Source: Phycisphaerae bacterium
GTDB taxonomy: Bacteria; Planctomycetota; Phycisphaerae; UBA1845; Fen-1342
Length of the DNA stretch: 64,000 nucleotides
Reading direction: 5' to 3'
Assembly (NCBI GenBank): GCA_963675745.2
Contig: CAXXWX010000026.1
Span: 320,001-384,000 of the forward strand
Position numbers and translations under genes: made by a program. Under the pieces are notes generated by a model. That model had not been told where the DNA came from. It made no database searches and saw nothing but the letters and a program-made list of their open reading frames with translations. This document shows positions 1-9,898 of the stretch, one piece after another. Every line of letters starts with the position of its first letter. The stretch's first letter is position 1.

Positions 1-1228
1 CCGTGCTGTGATCGGTGGATATCAGCACGCAGTCGTACATTCTCACGCGGGCTGGCGTTAGCGGCACACTCCAGAGGTGCGTGATGTTGTGCTCGCGCAT
101 CTCCTTGGCATGCGGGATGTGCGGATCGTGATACGAGACCCGCGCCCCGTGCTCCAGCAGCCGCTCGATCAGCACAACCGACGGCGACTCACGCACGTCG
201 TCAACATCGGGCTTGTAGGCCAGGCCGAGCACCAGCACCTTTGAACCCTTCAGCGATTTGCCGTGCTCGTTCAACGCGTGCATCGTTCGTTGAATAACGT
301 AGTCGGGCATCGAGGTGTTGATCTCACCGGCAAGCTCTATGAAGCGCGCCGGCATGTTAAATTCACGGGCCTTCCAGGACAGATAAAACGGGTCGATCGG
401 GATGCAGTGACCACCCAGACCCGGGCCGGGGTAAAACGCCTGAAAGCCGAAGGGCTTGGTCTTGGCCGCCTCGATAACTTCCCAGACGTTGATGCCCATG
501 CGATCGAACAGCATCTTGAGCTCGTTGACCAGGGCGATGTTAACGCAGCGATAGACGTTCTCGACAATCTTGGTGGCCTCGGCGACCTCCGCGCTGGACA
601 CCGGCACGGGCGTATCCAGTGCCAGTCCGTACAACGCCGTGGCCAGCTTGCCACTGGTTTTCGTCAAGCCCCCCACCACTTTGGGAATAGTCTTGGTGGT
701 ATAGTCGGTGCGGCCGGGATCCTCACGTTCGGGCGAAAAGGCCAGGAAGTAGTCCTTGTCGAGCTTCAGGCCGCTCTTGGCGAGGATCGGCTGGCAGACT
801 TCGCGCGTCGTACCCGGGTAGGTCGTCGATTCCAGCACCATGAGTTGGCCGCGGCGCAGGTATTTGGCGATCTCCTCCGTCGTGCAGCGCACATAGGTCA
901 TGTCCGGCTCACGCATCTTGTCCAGCGGCGTCGGAACTGCGACCAGAATCGCGTCGGGCTGTTTGAGCTTGCGCATGTCCGACGTGGCGGAAAACAACCC
1001 TTCTTTGATCCGGTCCCTGAAGTAGCCGCCGGGCAGGTGCTCAATGTAGGTCCGGCCGGCCTTGAGCGCCTTGATCTTGCGCTCATCAACGTCGAAGCCG
1101 ATCGTCTTGATGCCGGCGTCGCAGAATTCACGGATGAGCGGCAGGCCGACGTAGCCCAGGCCCATTACACCGACCACGACCGAACGGTCTTGGATTTTCT
1201 GCATCAGTGAATCAGCGGCGTTTTTCAT
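1..1228 (-). CDS. Nucleotide-sugar dehydrogenase (UDP-GlcNAc/ManNAc 6-dehydrogenase family, WbpA/WecC-like); 3' end beyond window start
   Basis: Not in ORF track because it is truncated. Manual minus-strand translation from ATG 1228 gives MKNAADSLMQKIQDRSVVVGVMGLGYVGLP (Rossmann motif), then FSPEREDPG and PGPGLGGHCIPIDPFY (catalytic Cys). Confidence 0.93.
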   Translation of the reverse strand, partial: MKNAADSLMQKIQDRSVVVGVMGLGYVGLPLIREFCDAGIKTIGFDVDERKIKALKAGRTYIEHLPGGYFRDRIKEGLFSATSDMRKLKQPDAILVAVPTPLDKMREPDMTYVRCTTEEIAKYLRRGQLMVLESTTYPGTTREVCQPILAKSGLKLDKDYFLAFSPEREDPGRTDYTTKTIPKVVGGLTKTSGKLATALYGLALDTPVPVSSAEVAEATKIVENVYRCVNIALVNELKMLFDRMGINVWEVIEAAKTKPFGFQAFYPGPGLGGHCIPIDPFYLSWKAREFNMPARFIELAGEINTSMPDYVIQRTMHALNEHGKSLKGSKVLVLGLAYKPDVDDVRESPSVVLIERLLEHGARVSYHDPHIPHAKEMREHNITHLWSVPLTPARVRMYDCVLISTDHST

Positions 1229-1395
1229 CGTTATCTGCTCCCAACGGGGTTCGGTGAGACGGGCGGCTTTGTACCTGATAACCTGAAGATCGGCAAGACA
1301 ACGCCGGGCCGGCGCGCGTTGCCAGTCCTGATCCGCCCGACGCGCGGGAACTGCGCGGCGCTGCCGCCGTAGCGCGGTCGGCGGATGCCTGTGAC

Positions 1396-1953
1396 TCAAA
1401 CGAGCCCCAGATCGGCCGCAACTGGCTGGAGGGCCGCAACCACGTTGCGGATATGATCGTCCAGCTCAACTTCCAGCAGCTCGGCACCGGCCCGGATGTC
1501 GTCGCGCGACACCGCGGCGGCAAACGCCGGCGTCTTCATCTTCTTCTTCACGCTCTTGGGGGCCAGTCCTTCGAGGCCGGTCGGACGCACCAGCGCGCAA
1601 GCCACGATGAAACCGCTCAACTCATCGACGGCGAAGAGCGCCTTGCGCAATGGACGGTCGCGCGGACACTCCTCAGCGTTCCAGTCGGTGTGCGATAGAA
1701 CCGCCGTCACGATCTCCTCATCGACGCCGCGCTGGCGGAGGATCTGCGCGCCTTCGCGCGTGTGCTCGGGCGGTTCGGGCCAGCGTTCGTAGTCAAAATC
1801 GTGCAGCAGCCCGACGACGCCCCACAACTCCGGATCACCGCCGAGAATCACGGCATAGTGGCGCATGGCCGCTTCGACGGCTAGCGCGTGTTTTCGCAGC
1901 GAGTCACTGGCCGTGTATTCGCAGAGGATTTCCCAGGCTTCATCGCGAGTCAT
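1396..1953 (-). CDS. HD-domain metal-dependent phosphohydrolase
   Basis: SLRKHALAVE...GLLHDFDYE...SH...DELSG motifs; GGAGG RBS upstream. Confidence 0.88.
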   Translation of the reverse strand: MTRDEAWEILCEYTASDSLRKHALAVEAAMRHYAVILGGDPELWGVVGLLHDFDYERWPEPPEHTREGAQILRQRGVDEEIVTAVLSHTDWNAEECPRDRPLRKALFAVDELSGFIVACALVRPTGLEGLAPKSVKKKMKTPAFAAAVSRDDIRAGAELLEVELDDHIRNVVAALQPVAADLGLV

Positions 1954-1969
1954 GATGTCCTCCCGGTGG

Positions 1970-2111
1970 AAATGATGAATGCGGAATGAGGAACGCAGAA
2001 TGCAGAAACCCGGTCCGGCACCCGCGACAGAAGGCGACTATTCCAGATCCTCCGGCGGTGACAATGCCCGGCATGCGCACTTCTGCATTCTTCATTCCTC
2101 ATTCTGCATTC
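1970..2111. repeat. Inverted pair of tandem heptamer tracts (GAATGNN x5 ... NNCATTC x4) forming a long hairpin
   Basis: 1970-2004 aaatgat gaatgcg gaatgag gaacgca gaatgca; 2084-2111 tgcattc ttcattc ctcattc tgcattc. Confidence 0.8.
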
Positions 2112-2117
2112 TCTGTT

Positions 2118-2897
2118 TCACGGCCAGATCTGCGCTGTCGGGACGTACTTGCGCACGACCCCCAACTGCCTCCAGGCTTCATCATACGTGGCGTAGCGGC
2201 CCACGAGCACGACGTTGCTCATCACGCCGCCACGCGGCTCGCGCCGGCGGTGGGCGGGCAGGCCTTGCCGTTCGAGCTGGCGCACGAGATTGTCCGCCGA
2301 GGAGGCGTTGTTGAACACACCGCACTGGATCGCGAAGTGGCTGGCATCCAGGGCCAGGCGCCGACGGGCGGGTTCGGCCAGTCTGCTCCCGGGGAACATG
2401 CGCACGAGTCGCTCGTAGGGAGCGCGCGTGCGGCTCCACTGTCCGCTGCGTTCCAGCGACTCACCGAAGCGCCAGAGCACGTAGTCGAGTGGCGGTGTCG
2501 GGGCCATGCGCGCCGCCGCGGCACCATAGGCCTCCGCCGCGGCCTTCCACATTTCGTCTTCGTAGTACAGCGTGCCCAGCGCCACACAGGCGTTGCAGCG
2601 GACGCCGCCATCCGGAGACTTGCGCAGCGCCTCCTTAAAATCGGTGTACGCCAGCTTTCGCCTGGCCGACTTCGCGAAGGCCAGCCCCCGCGAGTAATAG
2701 GCCCGGCCGACGTCCAGGCTCTGCGGCTCGGCGTAAATGAACCGCGACAGATCGGACACGGCCTGCTCGTAGTTGCCGGCGGCGGCGGCGCGTTCACCGG
2801 ATATGAGCCACTCATGGTGCTCGCCGTCACTCGTACACCCACCGAGTTGGCCCAGCCCAACGGTTAGAATCGTGCATGTCAGTATCGTGCGCATCAT
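2118..2897 (-). CDS. TPR-repeat lipoprotein with C-terminal SPOR domain
   Basis: Start MMRTILTCTILTVGLGQLGGC (lipobox-like); TPR helices (AYYSRGLAF, ALGTLYY); C-terminal FAIQCGVFNNASSADNLVRQL...VLVGRYATYDEA SPOR pattern. The ORF-track extension to 4019 is antisense to the epimerase. Confidence 0.8.
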   Translation of the reverse strand: MMRTILTCTILTVGLGQLGGCTSDGEHHEWLISGERAAAAGNYEQAVSDLSRFIYAEPQSLDVGRAYYSRGLAFAKSARRKLAYTDFKEALRKSPDGGVRCNACVALGTLYYEDEMWKAAAEAYGAAAARMAPTPPLDYVLWRFGESLERSGQWSRTRAPYERLVRMFPGSRLAEPARRRLALDASHFAIQCGVFNNASSADNLVRQLERQGLPAHRRREPRGGVMSNVVLVGRYATYDEAWRQLGVVRKYVPTAQIWP

Positions 2898-3089
2898 GTG
2901 GCGTAGCGTACTGCGCGGCGCGCACCTGGGAAAGCACGTCGAGCACGGCGAGATGCGCCGGTTTGAGCGTCCACGGCGGCAGGTCGCGCTGCGGCGGGTA
3001 CCGTCATCGTACGGGACCAGAATCTGCCATGCTCGTCCCAAAGGCCGGCGCCGGTGGACATAGGCACATCCGGCCGCTAGTCTGGAATC

Positions 3090-4142
3090 ATGAAGCTGAC
3101 CTGGCAACGCGTGAAATGTCACACGCGACATGCCTGGCGAATTGCCCGGCCGGGGGCATCGGCGCGCGGCAATGTCGTCGACCGGATTGTCGTGACAATC
3201 GCGCACGACGGGGTCGTCGGCCGGGGCGAGGCGGCACCATCCCCCTACTACCGGCAGTCCTTGGAGTCGGTCGAGGAGGTGCTGGAGCAGGCCGAGCCCA
3301 TGCTCGGCGATGATCCCGGCGACATTGACGCGATCGTGGACCGCCTGCTGGAACGGTTCGACGACCAGCGTGCCGCCGTCGCCGCCATCGACGAGGCTCT
3401 GCACGACTTGTGGGGTCGGCGGGCAGGGCAGCCGGTGTGGCGTCTGCTCGGCGTTGATGCGGCCGCTACGCCGGCCACGTCGATGAGTATTGGCATCGAC
3501 GCGCTGGAACTGCTCCCGCAGAAAGTCGCCGACGCCGCGGATTTCCACATCCTCAAGCTGAAAGTCGGCACGGCCGACGACCGCGCCACGCTGCAAACCG
3601 TGCGGCGTCTGGCGCCGAGCAAGCTGGTGCGGGTGGACGCGAATTGCGGGTGGTCGGCGGACGAGGCGGTCACGCGCATCCGCGCGCTGGAGCCCTTTGA
3701 GCTCGAATTGATCGAACAACCGATCCCCGCCGGACAGTTCGACGCGGTCAGGTCGATCCGCGAGCAGGCGGCCGTGCCGCTCATCGCCGACGAGGATAGT
3801 GTGCGGCCGGCGGACGTGCCGCTGTTGGCGGGCGTGTACGACGGCATCAACATCAAGCTTTCGAAGTGTGGCGGCATTCGTGAGGCCCGGCGGATGATCG
3901 AGTCGGCGCGGGCGCACGATCTGCGGATCATGCTTGGCTGTATGGTCGAAACATCGCTGGGCATCGCCGCGGCGGCGCAACTGGCGGCGCTGGTTGACTA
4001 CGTCGATCTGGATGGGCATCTCCTGCTGGCCGACGATCCGTATTGCGGGCTGATTCTGTCCGACGGAATCGTGCGACCCGGTGACGGGCCAGGATTGAGT
4101 GTGCGGCCGGTCGCGGAGAGTTGTGACGAGATGGGGGATTAG
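3090..4142 (+). CDS. L-Ala-D/L-Glu dipeptide epimerase (enolase superfamily, YkfB/YcjG-like)
   Basis: GRGEAAP, KLKVG, RVDANCGW, IEQP, ADED, NIKLSKCGG, GCMVE, DLDG motifs. Confidence 0.9.
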   Translation: MKLTWQRVKCHTRHAWRIARPGASARGNVVDRIVVTIAHDGVVGRGEAAPSPYYRQSLESVEEVLEQAEPMLGDDPGDIDAIVDRLLERFDDQRAAVAAIDEALHDLWGRRAGQPVWRLLGVDAAATPATSMSIGIDALELLPQKVADAADFHILKLKVGTADDRATLQTVRRLAPSKLVRVDANCGWSADEAVTRIRALEPFELELIEQPIPAGQFDAVRSIREQAAVPLIADEDSVRPADVPLLAGVYDGINIKLSKCGGIREARRMIESARAHDLRIMLGCMVETSLGIAAAAQLAALVDYVDLDGHLLLADDPYCGLILSDGIVRPGDGPGLSVRPVAESCDEMGD

Positions 4143-4154
4143 GAGGCACGAGCC

Positions 4155-5888
4155 TTGCGCGGGCTTACGCTGATCGTATTGACCACCATGTTAATCACAC
4201 CGGCACAGGCAGGCGACGACCAGGCACTCAACGACCTGATTGAGCATGCGATCGCCAACGGCACCGTGCCGTGGCGCCCGCCGGACAATGCGCTGCGCGG
4301 TCTATCGGTGAAACTCGTGTCGCTCGGCGGCGACGCGCAGACAGCCGCCGCGCGCGCCGCCGATGAGATGGGCCTGCTCACTGCGCGCAGCCTGTATCAC
4401 CTGATAAGGCGCGCGGGCGGCTCGGCGTCGATTGCGTTGACGCCCGATGCCGGTGCGCTATCCGAATACGCCCGGGATACTGATTTGTGTATCGTGGTGC
4501 GCGGCGAGTTGTGGGATGGTGATGCAAGTGTACAGGTGTTGCGCCTGGGTGGCGGTGACGCATCGGACGGCAGCCGCACGCTTGCCGAGTGTCTCAGCGC
4601 GGCGCTCGGGCTGAATAGTGCGGCCGAACCGGTCGGCGGGTTGCAGGTCGCAGCGCCGACGTGTGAGATTCTCTATCGCTACCCGGCAAGCGATCAGCGC
4701 GTTCATGCGCGCGCTTACGAAACCTATGAAGCCAACGCGCGCGCGATTTATGAAGGCCTCGTGCGCTACGTCGCCCAGACGCGGGCCACCGGCGGTGAGA
4801 CGACCGACGCGCCCGTCGCCGAGTTGACTGGCAAGATCGCGCGGCGCGCTCGCACCCTGGTACCCGATGGCCGTCTGGCTGACGAACGTGTGGCGTGGTT
4901 CTGCGAAACCTACGCGCGCGTGTCCGTGACAAGTCACAGCCTGACCGTATTCTCGCCGTCGGCGGAGGTGCGGGATGGGCAGGTCATTCTGCGCGGCACA
5001 ACCAACTTCCCAACGCTGATCGACGGGCTCACCGAAGCCCTGCGCGCCGTCGGCCGTGACGAGATCCGCAACGAGATGCGCGTGCTGCCCAACCGCCAGG
5101 TGTTGGGCGACAAGCTCTTCGGCCTGTGCCGGGTCACGATGGCACTCACCTACAACCGGCCGGGCGGTGCCGGCGGCTTGCAGACCGAACTGCTGCTCGG
5201 CGAACCCGTGTTCCTGCTCGATCGAGTGGATGATGAGTACCTGCTGCACGCGGGAGATGGATACTGGGGCTGGGTCGCGGCCAGTGCGGTGCAACCGTTG
5301 ACCGCGGCCGAGTTTGACGAGTACCTCGACCACCCGCGCGGCGTTGTTGTGGCGGACATCGAAACAGAGAGCATCCGGGTTCCGCGCGGAGCCCGCTTGC
5401 CACTCGCCGCTGGCGCCGGCGACCGCCACACGCTGCTGCTGCCTGACGGCGAGCGCGTCAGCGTGTCTGCACAGCAGGTGCGCGCACTGGACTCCAGCGC
5501 ATCGACCGCTGAGCACATCCGCGCCGCGCTCGATCTGCTGCACGTACCATATGTCTTTGGCGGCCGTTCGCCGTTGGGCCTTGATTGCAGTGGTCTGATA
5601 ACGAACATAATGACGCAGAGCGGACAGGCCCCGGCGCGCGACGCGTGGCAACAGGCACTGGCCGGGGAGTTGGTGGCAACACCCTGGTGCCGCGAGCGCA
5701 TCCGGGCCGGCGACCTGCTCTACTTCATCGACCGCGGCGGGCGGATTTACCACACGGGTATCGCGCTGAACGCGACACACTTCGTCCACGCCACTCCGCC
5801 GGCGGTGCGCATCGGAAGCCTGCACCGTGGCGATCGGCTGTACGACGAGGAGCGCGACCTGGCGTTCTTCATGGCCAAACGACCTTAG
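4155..5888 (+). CDS. Secreted NlpC/P60 (C40) peptidase, YkfC/dipeptidyl-peptidase VI-like, with SH3-like region and amidase-like N-terminus
   Basis: Signal peptide; TELLLGEPV...DGYWGWV (SH3b-like); PYVFGGRSPLGLDCSG, HTGIA, FVHA catalytic motifs; directly follows the epimerase. Confidence 0.82.
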   Translation: MRGLTLIVLTTMLITPAQAGDDQALNDLIEHAIANGTVPWRPPDNALRGLSVKLVSLGGDAQTAAARAADEMGLLTARSLYHLIRRAGGSASIALTPDAGALSEYARDTDLCIVVRGELWDGDASVQVLRLGGGDASDGSRTLAECLSAALGLNSAAEPVGGLQVAAPTCEILYRYPASDQRVHARAYETYEANARAIYEGLVRYVAQTRATGGETTDAPVAELTGKIARRARTLVPDGRLADERVAWFCETYARVSVTSHSLTVFSPSAEVRDGQVILRGTTNFPTLIDGLTEALRAVGRDEIRNEMRVLPNRQVLGDKLFGLCRVTMALTYNRPGGAGGLQTELLLGEPVFLLDRVDDEYLLHAGDGYWGWVAASAVQPLTAAEFDEYLDHPRGVVVADIETESIRVPRGARLPLAAGAGDRHTLLLPDGERVSVSAQQVRALDSSASTAEHIRAALDLLHVPYVFGGRSPLGLDCSGLITNIMTQSGQAPARDAWQQALAGELVATPWCRERIRAGDLLYFIDRGGRIYHTGIALNATHFVHATPPAVRIGSLHRGDRLYDEERDLAFFMAKRP

Positions 5889-5987
5889 CAGCGCGACGCC
5901 CCCGCCGCCATGTGTGCCCCGCAGCCTGCTGTGGGGACCGACTGTGTTTCAGTAATGCCTACTTTCGGAATAGATGCAGCGACGAAC

Positions 5988-8768
5988 ATGCACTTCGCGG
6001 TCGTCGCGCTGCTGGTGCTGGTCGGCGGTGTGCTCGCCGACGCTGAACAGCCGTCCGGGCCCGCAGCGCCCGAATCGTTCAACGACGCCACGGTGATGGA
6101 GCGCTGGTCGTTCAGCAACGGCCCCGAATGGCCCGGTGCGCGCGGATCACTCAAACAACGCGGCAGCGGCGGCCATGGCGGCGACGGAGCGCTCGTTCTC
6201 ACTTACGACTTCGAGCAAGGCGGCAACTATGTCGCCGCGATTGTCGATCTGCCGGATGGCCCGGCGGTCCGGGCTGTGCGGCTCTGGGTCAACAAGCCGG
6301 CGGACAATCTGATGACCTTCCGCGCGCTGGACAGCTCCGGCGAGTCATTCCAGAAGAGTCTGCGCTTCGAGTTCGATGGTTGGCAGCAACTCGAGATTGC
6401 ACTCGCGGGCTGGACATATAGCTGCGGCGGCGACGGCGTGTTCGACGGGCCGCCGCGCCAATTCCACATCCTCATCGAGAATCAGGGCCGCAGCCGCCGG
6501 GGCGACCTGTTGATTGACGATGTGCAGTGGCTGTTCTCGGACGTGGCGACCAGCGGCGATGATGTTGCCAGCGCCACTTTCACCGAGTCCACATTCGCGG
6601 ACTCGGACGGTTGGTCAACGCACGGCTCCGCGGGCAGCTCACTGACCGGCCAAAGCTGGCGCTATCACTTCGATGGAAGTGCCACCGAGACTCATCTGCA
6701 CTGGGGCAAGTCGATCCTCGGCCGACCGAAGGCGCTGCGCCTCACGGTAATCAGCGATGGTTCCGGCCACACGCTCGGCGTTATCTGCGGCTCGCACTTC
6801 CAGGGATTCAAACGCACCCTCGGCGTGCTGGATGAGCCCGGCGAGCGCACATTCGAAGTCCCCATGGGCGACATGACAAGCTGGCAGCACTTCGGCGGTG
6901 AGAACGACGGGATTGTGCGCTATCCGCTACGGCTCGGCGATATCATGCTGCGCAAGACCGGGCCACAAGCGGAAGGCGCGGTCACCCTGATTCGCCTCGA
7001 GTTCGTCACGCAATATGACCGGCGCCGGCCGGTGACGATCATTCCAGCGGTTTCGCGTGACGATCAAGAAAACGCCGTGTTCAAGGCCGAGCTGCGCAGC
7101 CTGCACAGCGCGCCGCTGGCTGGCGTCGTGCGCTATGCATTCAAGACAACCGAGCAGACACTGGAGCGCGGTTCGGCGAAGATCACGATTCCATCGGGCG
7201 GACGAGCTCGTTTTGAGCGGGTCGCGTCGCTGGGCGCGCACCAGGTGCTGGAAGGCGAATTCGAGTTTGTATCCGAGCAGGCGATCGCCGGACCGCAGTC
7301 AATCACCATCGGGCAACCGCCGCCCGCGCCTGCGGACTACGCGCCAAACCCGGGCAGCCGCATGGGCGTCGGGATGTACCTCTATCGCTATCGCACACAC
7401 CCCGACCGCAAAGCGTGGATGGAGCGGATGTGCCGATTGGCGGCGGCGGCCGGCGTGAAATGGACGCGCGAGGAGTTTAACTGGAATTGGATCGAGCCGC
7501 GCCAAGGCGAGTTTGATTTCAGTTTCTATGATGAGCTGGTCGACACCGCCCTGGCCCACGGCATCAGCGTCTACGGTCTTGCGGCCTACTGGACGGAATG
7601 GAATCACCCGCCGGTCACCGACGAGTTCATCGAGAACTACTGCCGATATCTGCGGGCGCTGGTCGGGCGTTATGGCGATCGCATCAAGCACTGGGAAATC
7701 TGGAACGAACCCAACATCTTCTTCTGGCCGGACAAGAAGGAACGCTACCCAGTGCTGCTGAAGCGGGCATACGCGGCGATCAAGGATGCGGCCCCGGACG
7801 CTGAGGTGCTCGGCTGCTCGACGGCGGGTATAGACCGGGGCTTTGTCGAGATGGTGTTGCAACACGGCGCGCCTTTTGATGCACTCACCGTACATCCATA
7901 TCGTCAGGCGCTCGATGCACCGGGTTTCATCAAGGAGCTGCGCGAGACAAGCGCGCTGGTTGATGGCCGAGATATCTGGATCACCGAGATGGGCTGGCCA
8001 AGCCATATCGGCGGATTGAGTGAGCGCGCGCAGGCCGGTTATGTGGCGCGCACGTACATCGCGGCCCTGGCTGCGCCGGCCGTGCGCACCGTGGCGTGGT
8101 ATGACTTCCGCGAGGATGGCGCCGACCCATTCTATAACGAGCACCACTTCGGCCTGGTACGCCAGGACCTGACGCCGAAGATCGCGTATCACGCCGTGGC
8201 GGCGGTCGGTCGGTTGCTGGGTACGGCGGAGTGCATCGGCGCGCTGGATCTTGAGCGAGGATTGCGCGGGTATCAGTTCCGTGACGGCCCACGTTGGATC
8301 GCAGCGCTGTGGTCGCCGGACGATACGTGCCTCGCCAAACTGGCGCTGAAGCCGGCCGGCGCGCGCGTGCTGAACACGCTCGGCGAGCCCGCGGCACTTT
8401 GTAACAGCGATCGTGGGGCCATCCTACGACTTGAGCAGGGTCTGCCGGTGTATATCCTGAGCGCCGCGCGGCTGGAGGTGCGCGTGCCGCCGCCGCCACT
8501 GACGATTTCGGTCGACCGCCCGTCGGTACATCCAGGCGAACGTGTGCGAGTTGCGTGGCAGAGTGATACGGATGTGACAGTCGGCACGCCGATCCTCCCA
8601 GGTGGCTGGACTTCGTCGCAGCAAGATGCGGAGGACGGCATTGGGGTGATTCCACCCGAGACGACGCCGCGGGGCACGTACATCATCCAAGTTCCGGTTA
8701 CGTGCGATGAAATGCCCACGGAAGTTCCGATAATCGTGAAGATCGTGCCGAGGTTATTACGCGGATAA
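5988..8768 (+). CDS. Secreted clan GH-A glycoside hydrolase (GH39/GH5-like) with N-terminal carbohydrate-binding-like modules
   Basis: Signal MHFAVVALLVLVGG; WEIWNEPN (acid/base), VHPY, IWITEMGW (nucleophile), HFGLV. Confidence 0.78.
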   Translation: MHFAVVALLVLVGGVLADAEQPSGPAAPESFNDATVMERWSFSNGPEWPGARGSLKQRGSGGHGGDGALVLTYDFEQGGNYVAAIVDLPDGPAVRAVRLWVNKPADNLMTFRALDSSGESFQKSLRFEFDGWQQLEIALAGWTYSCGGDGVFDGPPRQFHILIENQGRSRRGDLLIDDVQWLFSDVATSGDDVASATFTESTFADSDGWSTHGSAGSSLTGQSWRYHFDGSATETHLHWGKSILGRPKALRLTVISDGSGHTLGVICGSHFQGFKRTLGVLDEPGERTFEVPMGDMTSWQHFGGENDGIVRYPLRLGDIMLRKTGPQAEGAVTLIRLEFVTQYDRRRPVTIIPAVSRDDQENAVFKAELRSLHSAPLAGVVRYAFKTTEQTLERGSAKITIPSGGRARFERVASLGAHQVLEGEFEFVSEQAIAGPQSITIGQPPPAPADYAPNPGSRMGVGMYLYRYRTHPDRKAWMERMCRLAAAAGVKWTREEFNWNWIEPRQGEFDFSFYDELVDTALAHGISVYGLAAYWTEWNHPPVTDEFIENYCRYLRALVGRYGDRIKHWEIWNEPNIFFWPDKKERYPVLLKRAYAAIKDAAPDAEVLGCSTAGIDRGFVEMVLQHGAPFDALTVHPYRQALDAPGFIKELRETSALVDGRDIWITEMGWPSHIGGLSERAQAGYVARTYIAALAAPAVRTVAWYDFREDGADPFYNEHHFGLVRQDLTPKIAYHAVAAVGRLLGTAECIGALDLERGLRGYQFRDGPRWIAALWSPDDTCLAKLALKPAGARVLNTLGEPAALCNSDRGAILRLEQGLPVYILSAARLEVRVPPPPLTISVDRPSVHPGERVRVAWQSDTDVTVGTPILPGGWTSSQQDAEDGIGVIPPETTPRGTYIIQVPVTCDEMPTEVPIIVKIVPRLLRG

Positions 8769-8802
8769 GCAATACTCAAACCGCTGCCAAGGAGTGTGGG
8801 TA

Positions 8803-9756
8803 ATGGCACATTTCGATTTGCCCCTGGAGGATTTGCGGGCGTATCAGGCCCCCGCCGCCGAGCCGGCCGACTTCGACGAGTTCTGGCAACGAACTCTCGC
8901 CGCCCACGCAGACACGCTCAGGAAGCCCACATTCGAACGCTGCCAGGAAAGCGTGTATGCACTCGTCGATGCGTATGACGTCACGTTTGCCGGGTTTGGC
9001 GGACAGCCGATACGCGGCTGGTTCATCGAGCCGGCTGGAAACACCGACCCTCTGGCGTGCATTGTCAGCTTCATCGGCTATGGGGGCGGACGCGGGTTCC
9101 CGCTGGATCACCTCGCCCCGGTGGCGGCCGGATTCGCCCACTTCGTGATGGACACGCGCGGCCAGGGTGGCGCCACCGCCGACGATCACCCGGCCGGTCC
9201 GCAGTGCCCCGGATTCATGACACGGGGAATCGAGTCGCCTGAGACCTACTATTACCGGCGTTTGTTCGTCGACGCCGTCCATGCGGTCGAAGGCGCCGCG
9301 GCCCATCCTCATGTTGACGCGTCCCGCATCGCGCTCCGTGGCGGCAGTCAGGGCGGCGGCATCGCGCTGGCGGCCGGGGCACTGGCACCCGAGGCGGTGA
9401 AGCTGGTCCTGGCCGACGTTCCATTCCTGTGCCATTTTCGACGGGCGACAACGCTCGTGGACGCGTATCCATACCGGGAAATCGTGGATTATCTGAAGTC
9501 GCACACCGATCGTGTCGAACAGGTGTTTTCGACACTGGCGTACTTCGATGGCATCAATTTCGCGCCGCGCATCCGGGCCCGCTGCCTGTTTTCCGCCGCG
9601 TTGATGGATGAAGTCTGCCCGCCGAGCACCATTTTCGCCGCTTATAACCGCCTGACGGCCGCCAAAGACATGGTGATCTATGAGTTCAATCAGCACGAAG
9701 GCGGCCAGACACGGCAGGTGCTGGCCCAGCTCGAGTTTGCCCGGCGGCATCTCTGA
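8803..9756 (+). CDS. Acetylxylan esterase / cephalosporin-C deacetylase (CE7)
   Basis: FDLPLEDL..Y, PADFDEFW, DTRGQG, GGSQGGG nucleophile elbow, DEVCPPST, HE. Confidence 0.92.
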   Translation: MAHFDLPLEDLRAYQAPAAEPADFDEFWQRTLAAHADTLRKPTFERCQESVYALVDAYDVTFAGFGGQPIRGWFIEPAGNTDPLACIVSFIGYGGGRGFPLDHLAPVAAGFAHFVMDTRGQGGATADDHPAGPQCPGFMTRGIESPETYYYRRLFVDAVHAVEGAAAHPHVDASRIALRGGSQGGGIALAAGALAPEAVKLVLADVPFLCHFRRATTLVDAYPYREIVDYLKSHTDRVEQVFSTLAYFDGINFAPRIRARCLFSAALMDEVCPPSTIFAAYNRLTAAKDMVIYEFNQHEGGQTRQVLAQLEFARRHL

Positions 9757-9836
9757 CGCCCATTTGCGACATAAAACGTGGCGGTTTACTGGACTTCTCG
9801 GGCTAATTTCGCGCGGATTTTTGCGACGGTTTCCTG

Positions 9837-9842
9837 TATAAT
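9837..9842 (+). promoter_or_regulatory. Putative sigma70 -10 element for the 9899 gene
   Basis: Perfect TATAAT in an AT-richer intergenic gap ~57 nt before the ATG; AGGAGG RBS follows. No clear -35. Confidence 0.4.
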
Positions 9843-9898
9843 GCTCGAAGCGGCGCCGCCGCCGAGACGAAATAACAACGCACCAGGAGGTTGCACCC

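Noticed and set aside
263..1210. 315-aa plus-strand ORF
   Set aside because: Antisense shadow of the nucleotide-sugar dehydrogenase; no motifs.
2898..4019. N-terminal extension of the 633-aa minus ORF
   Set aside because: Antisense to the epimerase; the real gene starts at the lipoprotein signal at 2897.
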